Origin: an uncultured Bacilli bacterium
Lineage (GTDB): Bacteria > Bacillota_I > Bacilli_A > ML615J-28 > CAG-313
Length of the DNA stretch: 64,000 nucleotides
Assembly: GCA_934133195.1 (NCBI GenBank)
Contig: CAKPAZ010000001.1
Coordinates: forward strand, 17,267 to 81,266
Direction: 5' to 3'
Each line of letters starts with the position of its first letter. The stretch's first letter is position 1. Shown in pieces: positions 31,225 through 40,253 of the stretch. The position numbers were made by a program, and so were the translations under genes. The notes under the pieces are model-generated. The model made no database searches. It worked only from the letters and a program-made list of their open reading frames with translations, and was not told where the DNA came from.

Positions 31225-33051
31225 ATGGCAATAGATTATGACTTACTGAAAGAACAACAAAAATATATCCGTAATTTTTCCATTATTGCGCATATCGACC
31301 ATGGAAAAAGTACACTCGCAGATCGTATCTTAGAAAAAACAAAAACTGTTGAATTAAGAGAAATGAAAGACCAACTCCTTGATTCAATGGATTTAGAAAG
31401 AGAACGTGGCATTACCATTAAACTAAATGCTGTTGAATTAACCTATCATGCAAGAGATGGTCATGACTATTTATTTCATTTGATTGATACTCCAGGGCAT
31501 GTCGACTTTACTTATGAAGTATCAAGATCCCTTGCATCATGTGAGGGGGCTGTCTTAGTTGTTGATGCTGCTCAAGGAATTGAAGCTCAAACGCTTGCTA
31601 ACGTTTATCTTGCGATTGATAATGATCTAGAGATAATTCCTTTAATCAATAAGATAGACTTACCTTCAGCTAATCCTGAAGAAGTTAAAAGAGAAATTGA
31701 AGATGTTATTGGTCTTGATGCCTCAAATGCGATTTTAGCAAGTGCTAAGGAAGGAATCGGAATAGAAGATTTACTTGAAAGAATTGTTACGGACATTCCT
31801 TGTCCAAAAGGAGATCCAACTAAACCTGTTCAAGCTTTAATCTTTGATTCATTTTATGATCCATATCGTGGGGTAATCCCTTCAGTTCGTGTCTTTGAAG
31901 GAACCATCAAAAAAGGTGATCACATTAAAATGATGGCTACAGGGGCGGTCTATGAAGTCCTTGAAGTTGGAGTAAACACCCCAAAAGAAAAGAAGAAGGA
32001 ATACTTGAGTGTTGGTGATGTAGGCTGGATTAGTGCTTCCATTAAAGATGTACAAGATGTCAGAGTCGGTGATACAATTACCATCGTTGAAAATGAAATT
32101 GATACCCCACTTCCTGGATATCGTCATCTTAACTCAATGGTCTTTTGTGGTTTATACCCGGTTGAAAGTAATCGTTATGATGATTTAAAAGATGCGCTTG
32201 AAAAACTAAAACTAAATGATGCGGCTTTAGTCTTTGAACCTGAAACTTCACAAGCCTTAGGATTTGGATTTAGAACTGGCTTTTTAGGACTCCTTCATAT
32301 GGATGTTATTGAAGAAAGATTAGAAAGAGAATATAAACTTGATTTAATCGCTACCGCTCCAAGTGTTGAGTATCATGTCCTTTTAACTAATGGTCAAACT
32401 ATTATTATTGATAACCCTAGTGAACTTCCTGATTTTACTAAAATCAAATGTATTAAAGAACCATTTGTAAAAGCTACCATTATGGTATCAAAAGAATATG
32501 TCGGAAACGTTATGGAAATATGTCAAAACAAACGTGGTGTTTTTGTTGGTATGGACTATATTAACGAAACAAGAGTTGTATTAAAGTATGACCTACCATT
32601 AACAGAAATCGTTTATGATTTCTTTGATCGCTTAAAATCAACTACTAAAGGTTATGCTTCATTTGACTATGAACTATCTGACTATCGTGAATCTAACCTT
32701 GTAAAGATGGATATTCTTTTAAATGGAGAAAGAGTCGATGCCTTATCAGTAATTGTTCATCGTGATTTCGCCTATGCAAGAGGTCGAACTTTAGTTGAAA
32801 AACTTAGAAGATTAATCCCACGTGCACAGTTTGAAATTCCTGTACAAGCAGCGGTTAATGGTAAGATTATCGCAAGAGAAAACATTGCGGCATTACGTAA
32901 AGATGTTCTAGCAAAATGTTATGGTGGTGACATTTCTCGTAAGAAGAAACTTCTAGAAAAACAAAAAGAAGGTAAGAAACGAATGAAACAAGTAGGAAGT
33001 GTTGAGATTCCTCAAGAAGCCTTCTTAGCGGTTTTAAAACTTGATAATTAA
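31225..33051 (+). CDS. lepA: Elongation factor 4
   Basis: [24 protein letters not shown], and the LepA-specific C-terminal domain. Confidence 0.95.
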   Translation: MAIDYDLLKEQQKYIRNFSIIAHIDHGKSTLADRILEKTKTVELREMKDQLLDSMDLERERGITIKLNAVELTYHARDGHDYLFHLIDTPGHVDFTYEVSRSLASCEGAVLVVDAAQGIEAQTLANVYLAIDNDLEIIPLINKIDLPSANPEEVKREIEDVIGLDASNAILASAKEGIGIEDLLERIVTDIPCPKGDPTKPVQALIFDSFYDPYRGVIPSVRVFEGTIKKGDHIKMMATGAVYEVLEVGVNTPKEKKKEYLSVGDVGWISASIKDVQDVRVGDTITIVENEIDTPLPGYRHLNSMVFCGLYPVESNRYDDLKDALEKLKLNDAALVFEPETSQALGFGFRTGFLGLLHMDVIEERLEREYKLDLIATAPSVEYHVLLTNGQTIIIDNPSELPDFTKIKCIKEPFVKATIMVSKEYVGNVMEICQNKRGVFVGMDYINETRVVLKYDLPLTEIVYDFFDRLKSTTKGYASFDYELSDYRESNLVKMDILLNGERVDALSVIVHRDFAYARGRTLVEKLRRLIPRAQFEIPVQAAVNGKIIARENIAALRKDVLAKCYGGDISRKKKLLEKQKEGKKRMKQVGSVEIPQEAFLAVLKLDN

Positions 33052-33084
33052 TCAAATCTTTATTTTAAGATTTGATTTTTTTTA
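33050..33084 (+). terminator. Rho-independent terminator after lepA
   Basis: AATCAAATCTTtattttAAGATTTGATT followed by TTTTTT. Confidence 0.65.
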
Positions 33085-33116
33085 TTGTTTAGTATATAAT
33101 AAGGTTTGGTGATTAT

Positions 33117-34241
33117 ATGTTTGGATTATATTTACATATTCCATTTTGTAAAAACATCTGTAAATATTGTGATTTTTATAAAATGGTTGTCTCAAGATCA
33201 TTACAAGAAAAAACAATTGATTACATCATTAAAGAGATAAAACTAAGAAAGATATCTCAATATCAAATTGATACTATCTACATTGGGGGAGGCTCTCCTA
33301 GTAGTTTAGATGATGATTTATTTGAGAAACTTTTATTCAACCTCTCACAAGTCACTAATTTTGATGATTTAAAAGAGTTTACCATTGAATTTAATCCAAA
33401 TGACATAACAACTGAAAAAGTAAAAATATTACAAAAATATAAAGTCACAAGAGTAAGTATTGGAATTCAATCCTTTAATAAAAAATTACTAGAAACTCTC
33501 GGAAGAATTCCTTTTGTAAGTTTTGAAGAATTGCAAGAAAAAATCAAACTTTTAAATACTTATAATATCACTAACATTAATGCTGATTTAATCTATGCCA
33601 TCCCTGGTGAAACCTTAGATGAATTAACTGATGATGTTGAAAAAATGATGATGTTACCAATTACACATCTTTCTTGTTATTCATTGATTCTTGAGGAACG
33701 TTCAATTCTTTATTATGAGTATACCCATAACAAAATCAAACTTGTTGATGAAACTCTTGATGAAGCAATGTACAAAAAAATTAATGAAATCTTAAAAAGA
33801 AATAATTTCATTCATTATGAAACTAGTAATTATTCAAAATCAGGTTTTAACTCCCTTCATAACTTAATCTACTGGCATCGTGATGACTATTTAGGAATTG
33901 GACCTGGAGCATCATCAACAATTGGTAATCATCGTTTTACTAATACTCATAACTTAAATGAATATTTTTTAGGAATTGATAATAAAAATATCAAATACGC
34001 TGAAGATATTATTGATTCTAAAAAAGATCAACAAGAGTTAATGGTAATGATGAATTTAAGATTAAGTGAAGGAATTAATAAAAAAACCTATTTTGAAAGA
34101 TTTAATGAAGATGTCAAAGAAACCTTTCCAACTATTTTAGAATTATTAAAGGAAGGTTTACTTGAAGAAACATCTGATAGTATTAAAATTCCTCTTAAGT
34201 ATTTTTATATTTCAAACTACATAATTGTGAAAATAATTTAA
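33117..34241 (+). CDS. hemW: Radical SAM heme chaperone HemW (HemN-like)
   Basis: LYLHIPFCKNICKYCDF CxxxCxxC motif. lepA-hemN order is as in Bacillus. Confidence 0.85.
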   Translation: MFGLYLHIPFCKNICKYCDFYKMVVSRSLQEKTIDYIIKEIKLRKISQYQIDTIYIGGGSPSSLDDDLFEKLLFNLSQVTNFDDLKEFTIEFNPNDITTEKVKILQKYKVTRVSIGIQSFNKKLLETLGRIPFVSFEELQEKIKLLNTYNITNINADLIYAIPGETLDELTDDVEKMMMLPITHLSCYSLILEERSILYYEYTHNKIKLVDETLDEAMYKKINEILKRNNFIHYETSNYSKSGFNSLHNLIYWHRDDYLGIGPGASSTIGNHRFTNTHNLNEYFLGIDNKNIKYAEDIIDSKKDQQELMVMMNLRLSEGINKKTYFERFNEDVKETFPTILELLKEGLLEETSDSIKIPLKYFYISNYIIVKII

Positions 34242-34262
34242 CGATTGAAAGGAGAAGATGGT

Positions 34263-35168
34263 ATGGAAGAAATCGTTGTTGAGTTTACGGCGTATCTTGC
34301 GAGTGAAAAGATGAAAAGTAATAATACGATTGAATCGTATAAGAGTGATATCTTAAACTATCTTTACTTTTTAGAAAATGTTAAATACATTAAAGATTTA
34401 AAAACTGTTAAAACCGAAACCATCTTAGAATATTTAAGCTATCTTAAAAAACTTGGTTATTCTGCAAGGTCAGAATCAAGAGCTTTAAGTGCTTTAAAAT
34501 CTTTTTATAAATTTCTTTGTTTAGAAAACTACATTGAGACTAATCCGGTTATTACTATCAGTGCTCCAAAACTTGATAAAAAATTACCAGTCGTATTATC
34601 GGTTGATGAAGTAATGAGTCTTTTAAATATTTTAAATGATGACACACCATATAACGCAAGAAATCATGCCATGATTGAAGTAATGTATGGAACGGGACTT
34701 AGAGTATCGGAACTTGTTAATCTAAAACTTAGTGAACTTCATTTAACCGATAAAATGATTTCTACTGTCGGTAAAGGTAGTAAAGAAAGATTAGTTCCGA
34801 TTAATGACTATGCATCGGTAGTTTTAAGAAATTACATTATTAACTTTAGACCCCAACTTTTAAAAAAAGGTAAAGATCCTAGTTATGTTTTTTTAAATAA
34901 TCTTGGTGAACCTTTATCAAGACAAAGTTTTTTCTTGATTTTAAAAAGACTTGCTAAAGAAGCAGGGATTGAAAAAGAAATTTCTCCACATACCCTTCGT
35001 CATTCTTTCGCAACCCATCTTTTAGAAGCTGGTACTGACCTTCGTTACATTCAAGAAATGCTTGGGCATGAAGATATTTCTACCACCCAAATTTATACCC
35101 ATTTAAGTAAACAAAAAATAAAGGATGTCTATTCAAAAGCACATCCGAGAGGAGATAATCATGAATAA
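34263..35168 (+). CDS. xerD: Tyrosine recombinase XerD
   Basis: RVSELVNL, HTLRHSFATHLLEAGTDLRYIQEMLGHEDISTTQIYTH with the catalytic Y. AAAGGAGA RBS precedes the ATG at 34263. Confidence 0.85.
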   Translation: MEEIVVEFTAYLASEKMKSNNTIESYKSDILNYLYFLENVKYIKDLKTVKTETILEYLSYLKKLGYSARSESRALSALKSFYKFLCLENYIETNPVITISAPKLDKKLPVVLSVDEVMSLLNILNDDTPYNARNHAMIEVMYGTGLRVSELVNLKLSELHLTDKMISTVGKGSKERLVPINDYASVVLRNYIINFRPQLLKKGKDPSYVFLNNLGEPLSRQSFFLILKRLAKEAGIEKEISPHTLRHSFATHLLEAGTDLRYIQEMLGHEDISTTQIYTHLSKQKIKDVYSKAHPRGDNHE

Positions 35169-36348
35169 ATTTAAACGTATATTTGTTATTGTTGCTGACT
35201 CCCTTGGAGTTGGTGAAGCTGATGATGCTAAACTTTATAATGACCTTGGAGCGAATACTTTTGGTCATATCGCTGAAGGAATGCCAACTTTCAACATTCC
35301 GACATTAACTAAACTTGGTATTGGTAATATTTGTAAAAATACTAAAGTTTTACCTGTTGAACATCCAATGAGTGTTTGTACAAGAATGAAAGAAATTAGT
35401 AAAGGAAAAGATACTTTAACTGGTCACTTTGAAATCATGGGTTTAAAAGTTACTAAACCTTTTCCATCATTCACGGATACTGGATTCCCAGAAGAACTAA
35501 TTAAAATGTTAGAAGACTTTAGTGGTAGAAAAGTCATTGGTAATGTAGCCGCAAGCGGTACAGAAATCATGAAAGACCTTGGCGAAGAACAAATGAAAAC
35601 TGGAGCATTAATCGTTTATACATCCGCTGACTCTGTCCTTCAAATTGCTGCGAATGAAGAAATCATTCCCCTTGAAGAACTTTATAACGTTTGTGCATAT
35701 GCCAGAAAGATTACTATTGAAAACCCTGAATGGCAAGTAGGTCGTATTATCGCAAGACCATTTGTTGGTCATTCTCGTGAAACTTTTACAAGAACTACTA
35801 ATCGTCATGACTACGCTATCAAACCTTTTGCGAAGACAACCTTAAACTTCTTACAAGACAAAGGTTATGATGTTATTTCAGTTGGTAAGATTTATGACAT
35901 TTTTGATGGCTATGGAATTGATGAATCCCATCGTACTAAATCAAATCATGATGGTATGGAACAAACAATTAGTCTTTTAGATAAAGATTTTACAGGACTT
36001 TGCTTTGTTAACCTTGTTGATTTTGATGCTTTATATGGACATCGTCGTAATCTTCCAGGATACCATCAAGCCATTGAAGAATTTGACCAAGATTTAACAA
36101 CATTTATTAGTAAAATGAATGATGATGACTTATTAATGGTGGTTGCAGACCATGGAAATGATCCAATTCATCATGGTACTGACCATACAAGAGAAGATGT
36201 TCCGCTTCTTGTATATCATAAAAATATTAAAGGTAAACGCCTTAGTGATTTAGTTTCTTTCGCATGTGTCGGAAAAACAATCTGTGAAAACTTTGGAACC
36301 GAATCACCTACTATTGGTACTTCAATCTTAAAGGAGATTACGGAATGA
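35161..36348 (+). CDS. deoB: Phosphopentomutase
   Basis: FKRIFVIVADSLGVGEADDA N-terminus and DHGNDP metal motif. GGAG RBS precedes the ATG at 35161. Confidence 0.9.
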   Translation: MNKFKRIFVIVADSLGVGEADDAKLYNDLGANTFGHIAEGMPTFNIPTLTKLGIGNICKNTKVLPVEHPMSVCTRMKEISKGKDTLTGHFEIMGLKVTKPFPSFTDTGFPEELIKMLEDFSGRKVIGNVAASGTEIMKDLGEEQMKTGALIVYTSADSVLQIAANEEIIPLEELYNVCAYARKITIENPEWQVGRIIARPFVGHSRETFTRTTNRHDYAIKPFAKTTLNFLQDKGYDVISVGKIYDIFDGYGIDESHRTKSNHDGMEQTISLLDKDFTGLCFVNLVDFDALYGHRRNLPGYHQAIEEFDQDLTTFISKMNDDDLLMVVADHGNDPIHHGTDHTREDVPLLVYHKNIKGKRLSDLVSFACVGKTICENFGTESPTIGTSILKEITE

Positions 36349-37259
36349 GAGAACAAAGAATATTCAAATTTGATAACAAAACCAACATTGTTTCCTATAT
36401 CTGGAAAGAAGAAGGCATGAAAGTAAGAGGATGCTTGGAAATCTTCCATGGTATGGCGGAAAATATCTTAAGATTTGATGAAATGGCAAACTATTTTGTT
36501 AAAGAAGGTTTTATTGTAATTGGCCATGACCACTACGCTCATGGTGATTCCGCTGAATCAATTGAAAAAATCGGTGAATGTACCGACTATGACTTTATGG
36601 ATGCGGTCGTTAAAGCGATGAAACTTGTTCGTGATGAGTATGATGAATACTTTCAAAACACTAAACGCTGTCTATTTGCTCATTCCATGGGATCAATGGC
36701 AGCTCAAAGATACATCCAAAAATACCCTAATGACTTTGACTATGTCGTATTAAGTGGTACTGACATCGGGGGTGGAAAGTATAAATTTGGAAAACCCCTT
36801 TTAAAACTCTTCACCAAAGAAGGTAAAATCAAATACTCTAACTTTGTCTTAAACATGTCAACTACTGGCTTCAACAAAAAATTCAAGAAAGATCATCCTA
36901 AGTATGGTTGGCTTAGCCGCAATCCCGAAAATATCAAAGCCTTTGAAGAAAGTCCATACTGTGGTAAAGACTTCCCAACTAACTATTTCTACTCAATGGC
37001 TAAAATGATGTGTGAAAATGTCAAACCTGAGAATTTGAAACGCATAAACCCTAAAGTTAAAATTTTCATCTATTCAGGAAAAGAAGACCCTGTTAGTAAT
37101 TATGGAAAGTCAATCTTAAAATTAGAAAAGCTTTATAAAAAGTATGGATTAAATGTTACCTCTAAAGTCATTCCTAATGCCAGACATGAGGTTCATAATG
37201 AAAATGATGAAATTAAACAAGAATTATTTAAAACAATTCTAGATTTTTATACAAAATAA
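36345..37259 (+). CDS. Alpha/beta hydrolase (lysophospholipase / monoacylglycerol lipase-like)
   Basis: HG oxyanion motif (IFHGMAEN), nucleophile elbow AHSMGS, C-terminal His (ARHEV). Confidence 0.75.
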   Translation: MREQRIFKFDNKTNIVSYIWKEEGMKVRGCLEIFHGMAENILRFDEMANYFVKEGFIVIGHDHYAHGDSAESIEKIGECTDYDFMDAVVKAMKLVRDEYDEYFQNTKRCLFAHSMGSMAAQRYIQKYPNDFDYVVLSGTDIGGGKYKFGKPLLKLFTKEGKIKYSNFVLNMSTTGFNKKFKKDHPKYGWLSRNPENIKAFEESPYCGKDFPTNYFYSMAKMMCENVKPENLKRINPKVKIFIYSGKEDPVSNYGKSILKLEKLYKKYGLNVTSKVIPNARHEVHNENDEIKQELFKTILDFYTK

Positions 37260-37274
37260 CTAAAAAATATAACT

Positions 37275-37302
37275 GTCAAGCCCTAAAAAGCTTGACTTTT
37301 TT
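37275..37302 (+). terminator. Rho-independent terminator; last + strand transcription unit
   Basis: GTCAAGCcctaaaaaGCTTGAC followed by TTTTTT. Confidence 0.65.
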
Positions 37303-37374
37303 CATTTATAAAACATTATTATTTTAAAAAATAAAGCCAAAAAAGGCCATATTTTCGCATTTTTATTATTAAAC

Positions 37375-37554
37375 TGAATAAATACTAATAACTACATTCA
37401 AATCAAAAATACCCTTATTTTTAGGCTCAAACACATGAAATGAATATTAATATAATAAATATTTTATAAATTAAAGCTCATATAAGCATTAAATCTAAAA
37501 GATCACAAATGAAATGAATAAATACTAATAAATGAATATAAATCAAAAATACCC
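37375..37554 (+). repeat. Two 40-nt direct repeats 140 bp apart
   Basis: 37375..37414 and 37515..37554 share TGAATAAATACTAATAA, 8 variable nt, then AAATCAAAAATACCC (35/40 identical). ATGAAATGAATA also occurs twice (about 37435 and 37509). Confidence 0.8.
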
Positions 37555-37560
37555 CCTAAA

Positions 37561-37582
37561 ATGCCCTTCCTAGAAAAGATGA
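37561..37582 (+). repeat. Degenerate copy (c7) of the dispersed TTCTNAGAGCGTTTGA repeat family
   Basis: ATGCCCTTCCTAGAAAAGATGA; compare with the c1-c5 cores. Confidence 0.45.
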
Positions 37583-37749
37583 AATAAAGAAAGCAAGATA
37601 AATCACCATCCACCTTTTATAAGAAGGCTATAAAAATACCTGATTTGAATAAAAAACAGAAAATAACAGTCAATTGGTTAATCACTACTAAACAAATAAG
37701 AAAATGAAAAACAAATGATTATAAAAAAAACAGACAAAGGGATATAAAA

Positions 37750-37772
37750 ATAACCCTTCTCAGAACGGATGA
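37750..37772 (+). repeat. Degenerate copy (c6) of the dispersed repeat family
   Basis: ATAACCCTTCTCAGAACGGATGA, followed by an A-rich tract and GATTAATTATCAAT as in the longer copies. Confidence 0.55.
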
Positions 37773-37823
37773 AAAATAAAAAGCTGATTAATTATCAATT
37801 CAAATTATGCTTTATTTATAAAC

Positions 37824-37905
37824 GATATCCACAATGGTAATTATTTTATCAACAATCATATTATAGTTATCAACCTATAGAAATGTGGATATCAACTTAT
37901 TCACA
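37824..37905. promoter_or_regulatory. Cluster of DnaA-box-like / iteron-like repeats
   Basis: ATATCCACA (37825,+), TTATCAACA (37846,+), TTATCAACC (37867,+), ATATCCACA (37884..37892,-), TTATTCACA (37897,+). Perfect 10-bp inverted repeat GATATCCACA / TGTGGATATC. TATCAAC occurs 3 times at 21-22 bp spacing. Confidence 0.5.
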
Positions 37906-37954
37906 ATTGATAAATAATTGTTAATTTATCTTGATTTTACTTTGCTTTTTTATT

Positions 37955-37982
37955 GGTTAACATAATATATATTATAGGAAGT
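37955..37982 (-). other. dif: dif site (XerC/XerD chromosome dimer resolution site)
   Basis: The minus strand reads ACTTCCTATAATATATATTATGTTAACC, 26/28 identical to the recalled Firmicute dif ACTTCCTATAATATATATTATGTAAACT. It lies at the point where gene orientation converges. Confidence 0.75.
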
Positions 37983-38251
37983 AAAATACACATATAGTAA
38001 TTCTTTTAAAAGAACCATTAAACACTTCATCTACCATATTTGGAGTGTTTATTTGTCGAATTTTATCATTTCTTGTCTTTAAACTAACTCATTTTAACAT
38101 TTATGACTATATTTAAAAAGTGTCATAATAAAGGTTAAAAAGGCTCTTTTTCTCTCTTTACCACATAATCTGTTTATTTATTCACATCAGTGTTGAAAAC
38201 TCAAATTTACCCCTTTTTTATGGTTCATGCTCTTTTATACTTATAGACAAT

Positions 38252-38284
38252 AAAAAAAGCCAATCTCACTTATTTTAGAGATTG
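38252..38284 (-). terminator. Rho-independent terminator of the Fic-like/PHP operon
   Basis: Minus strand CAATCTCtaaaataagtGAGATTG, then GC and TTTTTTT. Confidence 0.6.
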
Positions 38285-38325
38285 ACTATATAATTTAAAT
38301 TATTAATTATTCGTCTTTATTTTTT

Positions 38326-38348
38326 TCAAACGCTCTAGGAACGGTTTA
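38326..38348 (-). repeat. Dispersed repeat copy c1
   Basis: Minus strand TAAACCGTTCCTAGAGCGTTTGA. Its first TAA is the stop codon of the PHP gene. Confidence 0.75.
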
Positions 38349-39146
38349 TTCTAATCTTGATACTACATTTAAACCAAGTTCTTCAGCGAGTTTGTATACT
38401 TCCTTAGTCGCATCATCATTTAGATACTTAAAGAAATGTGCATCATCGTTTATAATGACTTTAGCATTCATCTTTTTTACCAGTTTCCAAAATTCATATT
38501 TTGGATAGCCATAGCTTAAATGACCATCTGGGGTAATGTAAGATATTTTCTTTCTAATACAATTTCTAACTCCATTAGCGTTAAGTTCAAGTAAAACGTT
38601 ATGCTCCATCGCCGTTTGAATGATGGATTGTGCGACTTTTTCACATTCATCGTCCCACACACCGTATTTTACACAGTAAATATCAGGATGAGCAACAATC
38701 TTGAAGTATCCACTTTTAATTCCGTTTACAACACTTTCTTCATAAGCTCTAATTGATTCATGACTTTGTGGATCGTAGATATTATGATAGTGATCTTTTA
38801 ACCAGTAATAATGTTGTCCTAAAATCAAAAAGTCGAGTTCACGTAAAAACTTTTTATAATATTCATCCATTTCAGGAAAATACTCAATTTCTAGTCCACT
38901 ATATACTTTAATACCTTCTTCTTGTTTTGCTTGATGAATATCATCTAAATAGATATTTTCATATTCATCCATTGACATACGTCTTGAGTAAAAGTAAGCT
39001 AAAATTGAATCAATTAATGGCCCATGATCAGTAATCGCAATTTCTTTATAGCCATGAGCTCTCGCGTATTTAACGTAATCACTCGCGGTACCCTCAGCAT
39101 GCTTGCATAAGTAAGTATGTGTATGATAATTAGTCTCGATTTTCAT
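38346..39146 (-). CDS. PHP-family phosphoesterase (HisJ-type histidinol-phosphatase family)
   Basis: NYHTHTYLCKHAEG, ITDHGP and HPD motifs. GGAGGT RBS precedes the ATG at 39146; the track start at 39179 lies inside the upstream gene. Confidence 0.8.
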   Translation of the reverse strand: MKIETNYHTHTYLCKHAEGTASDYVKYARAHGYKEIAITDHGPLIDSILAYFYSRRMSMDEYENIYLDDIHQAKQEEGIKVYSGLEIEYFPEMDEYYKKFLRELDFLILGQHYYWLKDHYHNIYDPQSHESIRAYEESVVNGIKSGYFKIVAHPDIYCVKYGVWDDECEKVAQSIIQTAMEHNVLLELNANGVRNCIRKKISYITPDGHLSYGYPKYEFWKLVKKMNAKVIINDDAHFFKYLNDDATKEVYKLAEELGLNVVSRLE

Positions 39147-40191
39147 AATTACCTCCGAATAATACCCTTGGATCATCATCTGAAATCAATTTAACCCATC
39201 TAGCACTACGGCCTTTGCCGAGTGGCATGATAACTTTTTCATCACGCAACTTAAATAAGGCACGATTAAGCGTTGATTCACTAACATTTGGATGATATTT
39301 TCTCACATCTTCTTTGGTGAAGGTATAAGGCATGCGTAGAATGGTTTGTTCTAGACCATCTGACTTAAACATGCGTTTCTCATAGACTTTATTTTTAAGA
39401 ATTTCACTTAATTTTTGATAGTTTTCTTCAATCATCTTTAATACTTTCATCATAATGACATTAACTTGGAGAGGACTGGTTGGAAAATTAACATAACATA
39501 ACTTTTTTAACTCATTCCAGGAGGTTTCATCTGATAATATGCTTTCAAAAAAGCTAAAATACTTAAAACAAATACATCCAGATTTTAACATCATATAATA
39601 TAAAGCTAAAAGACAAGCGAAATCAGAATGATTATCATAAGGTTTCATAATATCCATCTGTAAGTAAGTTACCATACTTAGGTAGATAGCTTCATATGAT
39701 TTGTTTTGAAGATTTTTGTGATATTCGTTTAACATATTCTCCAGCATTGCTCTAATACTAGTCTTTTTGGGGTCAAATTCAGTTACTAAAAGTTCATTAT
39801 AGATACGATTAGTAAATTTAGTTGAATTTTTACCAAAGATTTTGTTCAAATATTGTAATAAATCACTACCATTAAAAGGAAATTCGTTTGCGTCATTAAT
39901 GATAGTACGTAATACTTCTTTAATCGCGGTAACAGCTTGTTCTTCTTTGTTTAAACTATTGGATCCTTTAGTTATAAGTAATCGCATACGGTTATCACTA
40001 ACCTTTAAATTCAAGTACTTACACAAGAATTCAACCTCTTTTTCAAGATTTTTTTCGATTAATTGTTGAGCTGTATCGCCTAGTTTTTCTTCGATATCTT
40101 CATTTTTTCCCATCCACTTATAGACATTAAGCAGTTCATTTAAGATTTGAGGAGGAATTAAATTGCTTTTTAATGCTTCATAGTTATTCAT
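39130..40191 (-). CDS. Fic-fold-like protein with degenerate active-site motif and C-terminal winged-helix domain
   Basis: KPYDNHSDFACLL lies where Fic proteins carry HPFxDGNGRxxR. The C-terminus TLNRALFKLRDEKVIMPLGKGRSARWVK is wHTH-like. Start is the ATG at 40191 after GGTGA; the track start lies inside the promoter. Confidence 0.5.
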   Translation of the reverse strand: MNNYEALKSNLIPPQILNELLNVYKWMGKNEDIEEKLGDTAQQLIEKNLEKEVEFLCKYLNLKVSDNRMRLLITKGSNSLNKEEQAVTAIKEVLRTIINDANEFPFNGSDLLQYLNKIFGKNSTKFTNRIYNELLVTEFDPKKTSIRAMLENMLNEYHKNLQNKSYEAIYLSMVTYLQMDIMKPYDNHSDFACLLALYYMMLKSGCICFKYFSFFESILSDETSWNELKKLCYVNFPTSPLQVNVIMMKVLKMIEENYQKLSEILKNKVYEKRMFKSDGLEQTILRMPYTFTKEDVRKYHPNVSESTLNRALFKLRDEKVIMPLGKGRSARWVKLISDDDPRVLFGGNYENRD

Positions 40192-40206
40192 AATATCACC
40201 ATTTAA

Positions 40207-40235
40207 ATTATACTTGAAAATCACATTTTTTTCAA
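40207..40235 (-). promoter_or_regulatory. SigA-type promoter of the Fic-like/PHP operon
   Basis: Minus strand TTGAAA, 17 nt spacer, TATAAT. Confidence 0.5.
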
Positions 40236-40253
40236 ATAAAAAGAATGGTATAA

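Noticed and set aside
37375-37554. The direct repeats as a CRISPR array
   Set aside because: There are only two copies, 140 bp apart and imperfect (35/40). They are AT-rich with no palindromic repeat structure, and no cas genes occur in the window.
37824-37905. The DnaA-box cluster as the chromosomal origin oriC
   Set aside because: Genes converge on this locus rather than diverge from it. There is no dnaA, dnaN, rpmH or rnpA nearby, and a near-consensus dif lies 50 bp away. The boxes are real in the sequence, but the origin interpretation does not fit.
38052-38060. A perfect Spo0A box TGTCGAA in the terminus spacer
   Set aside because: It is a single 7-mer. Several chance occurrences are expected in 64 kb on two strands, and there is no adjacent promoter or gene.
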